Positions 24,955 through 38,593 are shown, counted from the first letter of the stretch. The stretch is 64,000 nt of DNA from Octopus sinensis (GCF_006345805.1 NC_043017.1:18228001-18292000); one strand, 5' to 3'. Program-made: numbers and translations. Notes: generated by a model not told the origin, from the letters alone.

Positions 24955-25264
24955 GGAGGCCGTGGGCGGGGGGGAAGAAATACCTGAGTCAAGGGAAACA
25001 ATTTTTTGGACTGTTTACAACCGTTACCATAGCTACAAGCCTGCGTGTTAGCTGAGCTATGTGTAGTTCAATACCGAAACAAGAATCGAGTATAAGTGAG
25101 TATGTTGTAGCATCGTGATGTCATGGATGTCATTCATTGCCATCACAGCGGATATTTGCCACTATAAGCCGACTGAAACACTCAGATTTCATACCTCCTC
25201 CTCCTCCTCATTAACTGGTCAATATCAAAATCACAACGACACTATTTGGAATTGAACCTGGACC

Positions 25265-25429
25265 TTACGGCAGTGTTGGCCGCAGGAAGGATTCAGTCAT
25301 GTCCCCATAGACGTTGCGGTAAGATGTCTTCAGGAACTGGACGTAATTCTGCAAACTTCGATTTGTGCTTTGTGACTGTTCCAGCCGGTCCTTCAGGTCG
25401 TGCAGCCGAGAATTACATCTGCGATCGTT
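25265..25429 (-). CDS. ODF2: ODF2 terminal coding exon, TAA stop
   Basis: cgtttcag|AAC; [54 protein letters not shown]. Confidence 0.93.
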   Translation of the reverse strand, partial: NDRRCNSRLHDLKDRLEQSQSTNRSLQNYVQFLKTSYRNVYGDMTESFLRPTLP

Positions 25430-25668
25430 CTGAAACGAAAACAAAGTGGAAAAGATGTGGCCTTAGACGAGGTCCAGGTGTGACAGGTAACCAGCCCTTC
25501 TAACTAAACATGCTCTCTGACCTCACCATCCTCTCTCCAATTAAAGCTAACCAATTACACCTGTAAACTATGCTCCCACCTTGCTTGCTATCATTCTACA
25601 ACCTCCATATACAATCTCTGTCTCTGACCCAGTATGTGTGTATATATATATATATATATGTATGCATG

Positions 25669-25700
<32 letters not shown>

Positions 25701-25736
25701 ATATATAATATATACGTATGTATATATATATATACG

Positions 25737-25768
<32 letters not shown>

Positions 25769-25770
25769 CG

Positions 25771-25802
<32 letters not shown>

Positions 25803-26341
25803 CGTATGTATATATATATATACGTATGTATATATATATATACGTATGTATATATATATACGTATGTGTATATATATATATATATATATGTATGTATATA
25901 TATATATGTATATATGTATATGTATGTGTATATGTATGTGTATATGTATGTGTATATGTATGTGTGTATGTGTATATGTATGTATGTATATGTATGTATG
26001 TATATATGTATATGTATGTGTATATGTATGTGTATATGTATGTGTATATGTATGTGTATATGTATGTATGTGTATATGTATGTGTATATGTATGTATATA
26101 TATATGTATGTATATATGTATGTATGTATGTATGTATCAGGTAGATGGCACTGGGTAAAGTAGTTGGTCCTTCACTTCTTAGAAAATAGAAATTAATGTT
26201 CGAGATGAGGAAGAGACTAGTTTCATTCCACTTGTTTATGGGTCTCTCTCTGATTACAAACACACTGACATCCTGAACTTGGCAATATATACCCCAATAT
26301 ACATACACACTCAACATATTCACTACTGCATACAAGAACAG

Positions 26342-26384
<43 letters not shown>

Positions 26385-29300
26385 ATCATATACAGGCACA
26401 AGCACCCTACGAGAATTGCCAAACAAGCACACAAACACTCCGTTAGTCGGAGGGGAAAGAGAGCTAATTTATAAGAGATGTTGATCTTACCTCATCCTTC
26501 TCCCTCTTCACTCTGTTTACCTCAGTTTTCACCTGATTCACTTGACATTCAAGATCTAAGATTTTCTGTTGAGATAATCTTTCCTGTAATAAAGAAAAAA
26601 ACAAAAAAACATTGTTTAGCAAAAGAACAGCCACCCCACCCTGTTCCCTCACACTGCCTCTTCTGCCACTGCAACTACTGGGACTGCTGTTTGGTGTTAC
26701 AGCCACCCCCTCTAACTTAACTCCTCCCCTTCACCTTTCACACCCCCTGCAATAAGACCATGACAATGCAGTCCCAGTCAACTATCACTGCACAGTCTGC
26801 CCCTGTCTCTCTCACTCATGCATAAACAACAACTACAATCTTCACAGTATTTCGGGGTCTTTCTTGGTAACTGCCATAGCAACCTAAGGGGACACACAGC
26901 ACCCAACACATCTCCATAGCAATCTGTGTTCATGTGCAAAGGGTGAGTCCTTGAATCCCTATGATCATGCAATCGTAAGGATTTCAATACTGCCCCTACC
27001 CACCACACATCAAAAAGTATACTGACCTTTGAGATGACCCGGTCATGGAAGCTGCTCGATTGCTGTTTCAGGTCCTGCAGTGCATTTTCTAACTGATGAG
27101 TCAGACTCATCGTTTCCTGAGTTTTCTCTTCCAGTCGTACCTGCAATCACAAGATATATGTACGTATATACAATTGGCTCTCTGTTGATGATGAGTGTTC
27201 CTGTTCATTCGATCAACAGAACAGCCAGCTTGCGAAATTAGCATGCAAGTGGCTGAGTACTCCACAGAATGTGACAAGGCTGACCCCTCGAATTTCAGGT
27301 ACAACTCATTTTTCCAGCTGAGTGGATGGGAGCATTGTGGTATAAAGCGTCTTGCCCAAGGACACAACACACCACTGGGAATTGAACTCGTGACCATGAG
27401 CTGAATAATAACCCTAACTACTGAGCCATGTGCCTTCACTTTATGTTATATATATTTATTTCTTTATCGCCCACAGGGGGCTAAACATAGAAGGGACAGA
27501 AAAAAGGGCTTAAGTCGATTACATCGATCCCAGTATATAACTGGTACATATTTAATTGACCCCGAAAGGATGAAAGGCAAGTTGACCTCAGCTTAATTTG
27601 AACTTGGAACATAGTGGCAGACGAAATGCTGGTAAGCATTTCACCCGGCACATATATATATATATTAATGATAATGCCAGCTTGCATATATATTAATGAT
27701 AAAAAAACAATTACTGTTCACTTGCCATGGGGAAAGGTAAATCCAATAATTCAGACAGAATTCTTGTTCAGGGAAAAGTTGAGAGAGAGAGAGATGTGAA
27801 ACCAGTTTTTTTTAACGTAGAGGATGTAAAACTCTGTTGTTTGTCGTGTGACCTGGTGGGTAAGGATGTTGCACTTGTGATGGCAAAATTGGGTTTTAAT
27901 ACCCAGACCAAGAGGTGCATGCACTGCGTTCTTAAGCAAAGCACTTCATTTCACAGTGCTCCACCCCACTAAGCTGTAAATAAGTACCCTGGTGGTGAAC
28001 TGGATTCCCATTCAGCAGGGAATGTTGTGATCTCAGTCACTTGGAAACCAGGTGACCAGCCCCGTAATCCGAGGACTCGAGACTACTGTCGAGACTACTA
28101 TATATAAATGCTCAAATAGACTCAGACACAAAGTGAAAGACGCCTGACAACAGAAGATACATTGCTATTGAGAGAGTAAAGAGATGCTGCTTAGAGAGTG
28201 TGTGTGTGTGGCAGGGGAGAGTAGAGAGAGAGAGAGATTGTTAATTAGATCTAATGAAAAAGAGGAGACAAATATCTTAATGCTGGTTGGTTTTCATATT
28301 TCTCTTTCTGTCGCAATCATTTTCATTATTTGTTACACACACCACCAGTCTGTGGCAAGACTTAACATTACCCCCACCCACCCACCCACACAAACACCCA
28401 TACACACCCTTTTATCAGTCTTGATTCTAAGGTTACTGCCTTCTTAAACAGTGGTTGCCTACCTACATCCACCTGGTAGTTTATGGAGGCCACATCTTCT
28501 CCATTTGTTTGGTAGCATGAACCTTTTCTCACCAATGTTCTTTGTATTTGCAATAACTTTTCTGTGTGGACAAATATTTATTTATATATATTGGATAAAA
28601 TCTGTACGGTGTACATTGTGTGTACACATGCAAATATATATTATATAAAAACGTATGTATATAATCTGTATAGTCTATTTAATAAATATTACATTGCTTG
28701 AGTGTGTGTATCTCTCTCTATATAAACGGCAGTTTGTCTGTGCGTGTTTCTGTGTGTCTGTTTTCTTGTACCCTCACCCTGACCACGGCTTTCAACCGAT
28801 TCTGATGAAACTTGACACACACATAGCCCAATGTCATAATTCAAAACTAACGCAGCGAAAATTTTGAAAAGTTGCCCCAGTTCTGAAAAAAATCGATAAA
28901 TTCGACATGGGGTCGAGAATCAGAAACACAAACCGCAAACTGTCTAGGGGACGCAACTCCACCTTTTTTAACTAAAAAAAAATTTACCATCATTTTTTTC
29001 CATCTTTTTGCTATTTTTTGGCTATAACTCTCTAAAAATGCTTTATAGTTATTTCCCTTACAAACCTGAGCAACGCCGGGCGATACTGCTAGTATATTTA
29101 TATATGTGATTTAATTGCTGTTTCACTAATTCTGTTTTTCCATTCTGCTGTAAACTGTTGAAAACAAAAATATTTTTAAACAAATGTTTCCAAACCAGTT
29201 AAAATTCTATTTTTATAAATCATTAATGTACCTTATGTGTATATTTTGGTGATGGATGGGGTGGGGTGGGGTGAAGTTTTTTTTTTGTTATATTTTGATG

Positions 29301-32273
29301 TGCAATTTTTTTATTTTTTGATATAAACTTGAAGTTTTATTTTGTTCAATCATGAATTTTTGAATGCCTTTTCATTTTTCTGTGTGGAGTAGTTTGGACA
29401 ACAGGATTTCATGGCCTTGTCCATACATAGTCTGGTGACACAGACTTGTAAAGGAAGCTGCAAGCCTTTGATGCTGTGTGTGTTTGTACAAACAGTTGCA
29501 GTAGAATTATGAACATCACCTGAGAGTAAATAACTGTTTGTTTTTTTTTTTAAATCAAGGGAGACAACCTAGAAAATTTTTAAATGTTATACAGTTACCA
29601 CTATACTATTAGCGATTTTCTACCCCCACTACCAATTTATTCCAACCCACCTGCTTATAAGAATTTAAGCAAATATCCAATCCACCTGCTTATTCCATCC
29701 CCCCACTATTATTTGGGGCCCGAGTGTAGTTGGAAAGTAAGTTTCTCAACCATGCCTGTGTGTGTGTATATATATATTAAGTTATACGAATTTAGAAACT
29801 TTGAGAGAGCATGAAATAATTCTTTCTTTAGAAAGGTGAATCTCGAAGTGGACAAACCTATAAATAATAGATATTATGCAGAAGGATTTTTTTTTAACAG
29901 TATTTACATGCTATATTTATGGCCTTGTCTGCTTTAAGAGTCACCATTCCAAAGAAAGAATTTCACACACACACATATATAGGGGTTTTATATATATCGA
30001 TATCACAACCTCCAAACAAATGACAGCTTTGAAAGACAAACTCCTGACTTACATTGTTCAGGCGGATGGTTTCCTCTCTCTTGGATATGGTAGTCATCAG
30101 TTCACGATTCTGTTCTGTAACTTCTAGAAACTTCCTGTACAACGAAATTAAACACTGTATAAACCACAGTCACAACTCTCTTTATCTCTCTCTACAGCTG
30201 GATGACTCAGCTGGGACAAAACAACAGGGTTCCAAAGATTCTAGAACCCATTGCTATACAACAGACGGCTCTACAAGGGGTCACAATGCTGCTGTAGGTC
30301 CATACCCAACAGCAACACTGTGACTGTGTCCTGTTAAGGAGGTTTTTCTGTGACCCCTTGCAGAGCAATACAGCAAAGACAAACCTATATAAACAATTGT
30401 TTAAAGGTCAACATTTTTTAGTTCCATCACCACCACAGTATAGGGATCAGAGGGGCCTGTGTTATGGTTCAACATCCCACTAGAGAGATTAGACAAAGGT
30501 CTGTGTTACAGCCCTTATATCTCTCTGTCAAAGCTCCCTGGTCTGATATCACATTACAAGACATGGAGGAAAAGAAAGTAGAGCAGCTGTTTTTCAGCTA
30601 CCTGCAGGAAAACAAGATTAATGATAATTAGAATTAATTAAAGGAATTAACATGGGTTTTGTAGTTAAGAGTTAAAATTCTAAGAAGCCTGTCGTATATA
30701 TGTATATATATATATATTTCTTTACTACCCACAACGGGCTAAACATAGAGGGGACAAACAAGGACAGACAAAGAGATGAAGTCGATTACATCGACCCCAG
30801 TGCGTAACTGGTACTTAATTTATTGACCCCGAAAGGATGAAAGGCAAAGTCGACCTTGGCGGAATTTGAACTTGGAACGTAACGACAGACGAAATACTGC
30901 TACGAATTTCGCCCGGCGTGCTAACGTTTCTACCAGCTCGCCGCATATATATGTGTATGTGTGTGTGTCTGTGTTTGTCTCCCTAGCATTGCTTGACAAC
31001 CGATGCTGGTGTGTTTACGTCCCCGTCACTTAGTGGTTCGGCAAAAGAGACCGATAGAATAAGTACTGGGCTTACAAAGAATAAGTCCCGGGGTCGATTT
31101 GCTCGACTAAAGGCGGTGCTCCAGCATGGCCGCAGTCAAATGACTGAAACAAGTAAAAGAGAGAGAGTAAAGAGTACGCCTGCACAATCAGAGTTTCAAC
31201 TTGGATGACTGGAGACATTATGTAAGGGACCCTGTCAGTCACAACTGACATCAGTTTCTGTTCAGTTGTGTTAACAGGCAATATTTATAAACAGCTAATT
31301 AGAAACAATGTTTAATATAGTGTCTTTTCTCTCTCTTATGCCATGTCTACAGGTATTAGTGATCCCGGATTTTTACACAAAAGCCTCAACATTCGTAATT
31401 TCTCTTATGAAATATACAGCAATGGCTCCTTATTGCCATTTGCTAGTTTATTTACATTTTATTCTGCAGAGCTGACCCTTAAAGACCAGTGGCTTTATGT
31501 AACACATGTCAAGAAGTTCTGTATTCTGAACCATCTTGTGATAACTGACCTATATAATTTGGGGCCTTTGACATGAACTCCCAGCTCCCTTAAGCAGAGG
31601 GTCTAGTTCACACGACATAGGCACACCTAGGTGACACACACATAGGAGCCAGCCCCTCTTCTGAGAACTGTATGTCTAAGCCACAAGACCATCTGGTATT
31701 TAACCTATAATGGGAGCCCTTGACAGATACTACCAACCCAGCGGATAGGGTACCCCTGGGATTAGTGGTGACTAAAGGGTAACTCCAAACTCCCTCAAAA
31801 CTTAAACTCCCAAGCTGGGTCTGTCTTATCCATGCTAATATCTAGAAAAGTATTTAATAGCTAATTAGGAATAAATATCTTGTGAGACAGACGTGAGTAA
31901 ATAAGTCAAGGTTAACTAGTTTGACATCAAACTACCTGAGACTGTCACTGGCTTTATGATACAAACTTACCCCTTTGCAAGCGATTTAAATTAAATATTT
32001 CCACCAAAATTTTGTTAGTTTATGTTCCAAACATTGGTTTAATAATGAAAAAGTTATTTTACAAAATTCTTTAAAAATTAGTTACAAAAAAAAAAAAAAA
32101 GCAGTATAGGTGCAGGAGTGGCTGTGTGGTAAGGAGCTTGCTAACCAACCACATGGTTCCAGGTTCAGTCCCACTGCGTGGCATCTTGGGCAAGTGTCTT
32201 CTGCTATAGCCCCGGGCCGACCAATGCCTTGTGAGTGGATTTGGTAGACGGAAACTGAAAGAAGCCCGTCATA

Positions 32274-32304
<31 letters not shown>

Positions 32305-33821
32305 TATATTTATGTGTGTATGTGTGCGTGTGTGTGTGTCTGTGTTTGTCCCCTTAGCATTGCTTGACAACCGATGCTGGTGTGTTTACGTCCCTGTCAC
32401 TTAGCGGTTCGGCAAAAGAGACCGATAGAATAAGTCCCGGGGTCGATTTACTCGACTAGAAGGCGGTGCTCCAGCATGGCCGCAGTCAAATGACTGAAAC
32501 AAATAAAAGAGTAAAGAGTATCTTTTAAAAGAAATATGATAACAAAAGGTTTAACATAATGAGTTGGAATTTGTGGGAAATTTGGTTGCTATATCTGTAG
32601 GTTGCTGTTGCTGTGACCTCCTCGTTATTAATGTATTAATGAGAAGACAAAGTACAGATTGCAGTCCTATAATTTGAAACATGGTGAAAGCAACCATTGA
32701 GATGAAGACATTAGTTGAAACTCATGTAGATAGTGTACATGGCATCTAATTCTTCTTTCTTCCTCACCATAGGAAACCATTTTGATACAAACCCGGCTGA
32801 GAGTGCTCCAGGTTCTATGATGCAAAAACTCTCTGTTTTAAAGTGGTCTAAATTAAAACCTTTCATCAAAAACTTTATATTAATTTACATTCCAATCACC
32901 AGATTAATAATGACAAAAGTTATTTTAATAAATTCTTCCTTATTATCAAAACTAAATAAAAACCGAGGCAGTTAATGTCAACAAAATTGAGAGAAAAAAA
33001 AGGTTTAAACACATAAAATGTTATAAAATGGCCAACTGGAAATAAATATGGACAAGACAAATAGAAGTAAACAGATAAAACTGTAATTAACATTAATTAA
33101 TACATCATTAGAAATAGCTAATTAGAAATAAATACAGGGTGAGTCAAACAGATAAATAGGCCAAGGGAGGATTAACATCAATATATGGAATATTATAAAT
33201 CAACAATTCTCAACTACAACTTCCAGGGTTGCATGAGGCCCTAAAGTATCCTTCCTGTGCATCTTTTATGCCATCAAAAATGGTAACTACTTCACCCAAT
33301 GAACCAGTGACAGGCACCTTGGGAGGCTGTGATCAACAACTCTTGTTATTTATAAAACAGTTTCACCAAAAGACAGAACAAAGATAAAAATATTGGCACT
33401 GACCGTTCAAGTGTGTCGACTTTATTCCTTAAACTTCGGTTTTCCTCCACATATTCCTGGTTCATTTGTTTGGCTTCTTCCAGCATCTCATTAACATGTT
33501 CCAGCTGCGGAAATACAGGACAAACAGACAGATATAGTAATAGTGGCAATGGTGATCAGTAATTAGTGAGAAAAGGAGAAAGAGGGGAAGTGGAGGAGGT
33601 GAGAGAGTCTGGACATTGGACAAAAAGCGAACATGCAAGCAGGCAGAGATCAGGGGTTAATCTGCATTTTTGGAAGGAATATGTAAGCTTGTGGACTGCT
33701 GAACCAAGTGCATCTTAACGGAACGAGACTTTATAGAAAAATGATGTACTTGTTTATTTCCTGCTTTTGTGTAAAGACATTGAGAAAAACAAGAGTGCAT
33801 ATCATTTTTGACTTACCCTCG

Positions 33822-33854
<33 letters not shown>

Positions 33855-36800
33855 CAATCATCACCATTTAACATCTGTTTTCCATGCTGGCATGGGTTGG
33901 ATGACTTGTCAGAGAGCTGAACCAAGCTTCACTGTCTGTTTTGGCATGGTTTTTACAGCTGGATGCCCTTCCCAACATCAAACTCCTTTATGCCCAGTAT
34001 GTCTGGTATCTCTCGCAAGACACAGGCCACTTTGTGTTGCCCTGCCACGTCACATCGTATTGTCCAGTTTCGCCACCTCACGTTGTCCAGTCTGGACACT
34101 TCCAATGGGGTGGGACAGGGTGCTGGATAGAACAATCCATAAAACAGACAAGACTTGTACGTCCCTTGGATCTCAAAGTGGGAGACATTGCATGAAACAC
34201 CCAGAACTGTTCAACTCAACAAGGCTGCGTCTGTGTTGGGGCTCGTGGCCTCCATCAATCTTTCAATCCTCAAGCATAATTTTTTTCATTGATGCAAATA
34301 TTACAAATGTAGAAGGAATGATAGAAACAACCCCAGTACATTATTGGTACTTGTTTCTATGGCATACAACACCACCCACATCATGTCACCTCCATCCCAC
34401 ACATACATACATAGCAGAGAAGACCTCTTCATCAGTGGTGTTCGTCAATTCCAGTTTTCATTTACCACTCTTAAGGCTTCGGCTGACATGAAGCTATAGA
34501 AGATGTCACACACGCAACAAACCACGCAATGAGATCGAATGTGAAGCCACAGTTCCTAACAGTTTATTAATCGAATGACCCTGCATATAAACTCACACAA
34601 TAATAATAATAATAATAAATTTGAGGGAGGGGTATAGATGATCACATCGACCCCAGTACTTGACTGGTACTTAATTTATTGACACCGAAAGGATGAAAGT
34701 CGAATAATAATAATAATGATTTTAAATTTTGGCACAAGGCCAGCAATTTTGGGGCTTGGGTTAAGTCAATTGCATTGATCTCAGTGTTCAATTGGTCCTT
34801 ATTTTATCGACCCCTCCCCCCCAAAAAAAGAATGAGAGTCAAAATTGACTCTGGCAGAGTTTGTACTCAGAACATAAAATCGGATGAAATACCGCTAAGC
34901 ATTTTGCCCCAGCAAGGTAACGGTTCTGTCACTTCACTGCTACGATGATGATGATGATGATGATGATAGCTTACCTTTGAAGTAAGTCCTGCGATTAGTT
35001 TGATGTTTTCTGTGTTCTTCCTCTCAGACAAATGTAACTGCTGCTCAAAGTCTTGTACTTTTAGTTCTGTGGTCTTCAACATCTCTGGCAGAGGTTCTAA
35101 TTCTAACAGACGTTGGTGTAACCGTTTCTTCACCTGAAAAACAGACATCCACAATCTAATCAGCTGGCAAAAACGAGTCGTACCTGTAATTCAAAGGGGC
35201 CAGCCTTGTCACAATTTTTTGTGTCACACTGAATCTCCCTCAGAACTACATCAAGGCTATGTGTGCCTCTAGAGTACTCAACCACTTGCATGTTAATTTC
35301 ACGAGCAGGCTGTTTGGTTGATTGGATCAACTGGAACCCTCAACGTTGTACCTGATGGAGTGCCAGGTCATATATTTTCTTCATGAATTGCCACTTAAAG
35401 AGCATGGTGTATAAACAGCATTGAGCTAGAACTCCATTCATTCCAATAATAAATCTCTGAACGAGGTATAAACAGTAACTGCACGACAATGTGAGGTATA
35501 CTTGCCATCTCAATATGGCTAACCACTAAGGGTGGGTGTTACTGTAGCTTGTAGCCCCAGGAGAACACCGCCTCCAGCTGGCTTTAGACACACTTTGTGA
35601 TCAACCACTCGTTATTTATAAAACAGTTTCACCAAAAGACAGAACGAAGTTAAAAATATTGGCACTGACCGTTCCAGTGTGTCGACTTTATTTATGGTTA
35701 GCCACATAAGGGTACAGAAAGTGTGTCTAAAGCCAGCTAGAGACGGTGTTCTCCTGGGGCTACAAGCTACAGTAACACACACCCACCCTTAGTGGTTAGC
35801 CATATTGAGATGGCAAGTATACCTCCATTCATTCCATCTCACACCAAAACAGAAGATCAGGAAGACAATTCCTCTCCTTACACAGTTATTTCCATGTAAG
35901 AGCTTTGGAGACTAAAATGGTGATGAAGGACAGAGAAATGGTACAAGACAAGAGAAATGGTACAAGGCAGCAGAAAAGGGAGTTTATTTATTTGTATTAT
36001 CTTTACATGTTTCAGTGATGATTACACAATGACTATGCAATATTAGACACCTCAAACTATTAAACCCAAATACCTCTAGAGATAGACCTAGGTACCTGAA
36101 ATTATTAAACTCAAGTACCTCTAGAGATAAACCTAGGTACCTGAAATTATTAAACTCAAGTACTTCTAGAAATAAACCTAGGTACCTCAAACTATTAAAC
36201 CCAAATACCTCTAGAGATGAACCTAGGTACCTGAAAGTATTAAACTCAAGTACCTCTAGAGTTAAACCTAGGTACCTGAAATTATTAAACTCAAATACTT
36301 CTAGAAATAAACCTAGGTACCTGAAATTATTAAACCCAAATGCCTCTAGAGATAAACCTAGGTACCTCCCAGTGATATATACTAGGTACCTCAAAATATT
36401 AAACCCAGGTATCTCGAGTGTAGAAAAAGAAAACTCACAAACCTTATCCAATTCGTCTTCTCCTTCTCTCTGGATGCGACTGTTTTGTTTCTGTTGTTCT
36501 TCCAACAGACTCAGTGTATTATTAGCTTCACTTCTGGATATGTCCATCTTAGAGGAAGACAGGAAAATACAGTTGTCATATAGAAGATACAGTTATAGCA
36601 ATAAGGAAGGAGTTGCAATACAGAGGCAAGGGTTATAAGGGGAGGGGGTTAAAATTTTCACACCGGGCTTCTTCTTGTAAACTAATTAACATATTGGGTC
36701 AATCAGGGCCAATATTTTTATTTCTTTCTGGCTTGGTAAGATTATTTCATAAATAACAGTGATGTTGATAACAGCTTTGTTAGGGACCAGTTAATGATTC

Positions 36801-37217
36801 ATTGAATGGATCAATTATCATAAGGGTTTTTTTTTATTGTAACGGGTCTGTGTGTGCATGTTGTTATAGAAGAGGGAAGTGACCTAAGGAAGGAGGAGGC
36901 ATAGCATTATCTGCAAAAGAGTGGCTGTTATTGGATGCAGCAAGGAAGAGTGTAGCAGACAAAACAAGACCTTGGGGTACACCAGAGATGATAGGATATG
37001 TGGCAGAGTGAGAGGCAGCTCTTTTAGCACAGGCCATGAGGGTGAAATCTGATGGGAAGCTATTGATGCAAGAAATGAAGGTCATCAGTGGGTGGTTTCA
37101 ATGGGACATGGTTGTATGTTAGACAGGGTCAAGTTACAAAATTACTTTCGTGAAATTTTTCCAAGGTGAGAGCCCATGGGTGTGGCCCACATCAAGATGT
37201 CAGCTCTCTCTCTCTCT

Positions 37218-37250
<33 letters not shown>

Positions 37251-37409
37251 CACAGGTGTGGCCATGTGGTAAGAAGCTTATTTCACAACCACATGGTTCT
37301 GGGTTAAGTGGCATCTTGGGCAAGTCTCTTGCAAATCTCTTCGGCTTTAGCCTCAGGTCAACCAAAGCCTTGTGAGTGGATTTGGGAGACAGAATCTGAA
37401 AGAAACTCA

Positions 37410-37447
<38 letters not shown>

Positions 37448-37836
37448 TATACTCACTTTTACTCTTACTTGTTTCAGTCATTTGACTGCAGCCATGCTGG
37501 AGCACCGCCTTTAATCGAGCAACTCAACCCCGGGACTTATTCTTTTCTAAGCCCAGTACTTATTCTATCGGTCTCTTTTGCCGAAAAGCTAAGTAACGGG
37601 GACATAAACACACCAGTATCGGTTGTCAAGCAATGCTAGGGGAACAAACACACACGCATATATATATACACATATATACGACGGGCTTCTTTCAGTTTCC
37701 GTCTACCAAATCCACTCACAAGGCTTTGGTCGGCCCGAGGCTATAGTAGAAGACACTGGCCCAAGGTGCCACGCAGTGGGACTGAACCCGGAACCATGTG
37801 GTTGGTAAACAAGCTACTTACCACACAGTCACTCCT

Positions 37837-37870
<34 letters not shown>

Positions 37871-38551
37871 CCAGCCATAGAAACCATGTCAAGACAGACT
37901 GGAGCCTGGTGCAACTCTCCAGCTTAACAGCACCAGTCAAACTGTCCAACCCATGCCAGCATGAAAAATGGATTCTAAGTAATGATGATGATGGTGTGTG
38001 TATTGTACAACCAATCGAAAGCCTTCTTGGAAGGAATATGCAAGCTTGTGGACTGCTGAACCAAGTGCATCTTAAAGGAACGAGACTTTACAGAAAAATG
38101 ATGTACTTGTTTATTTCCTGCTTTTGTGTAAAGACATTGAAAAAACAAGAGTGCATATCATTTTTGACTTGCCCTTGTGTACGCACACACACACACACAA
38201 CACACACACGTGTCATCATTGCACACATACACACACACGCAGACCTCCACGCACGCACATATCCACACTTACACACACATTCCTCCTCCTACCATTCTGC
38301 TGTCTTCGACTATACTATTCTTCTGTCTTTGAAAACATCTTTCTTCACCCTTTTCCTCCCGGTCTTTCAAAATGTGACCCCGTGTGTACCGTTGGCGATT
38401 TTTTTTTCCTCTGTCTTCCCTTCTCCTATGTTTCCAATGAAGAGCTCCGCTCGAAACGTTAAACCCTCCTTCTTTCCTGAGCGTCCAATAATACTATATT
38501 TGTTCCACGTCCTCGCGTTGTTGTATTTTTTTTGTGCTTTCTTGTTTGGAT

Positions 38552-38593
<42 letters not shown>

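Noticed and set aside
25568-26335. ORFs over the (TA)/(TATG) tract
   Set aside because: Simple-repeat artefact in the last ODF2 intron.
26868-26883. X-box-like actgccatagcaac
   Set aside because: Only one half-site matches; expected by chance.
36049-36418. Regularly spaced palindromic repeats as a CRISPR array
   Set aside because: Tandem units without unique spacers, in a eukaryotic intron with no cas genes. The same applies to 42268-42437 and 60644-61548.
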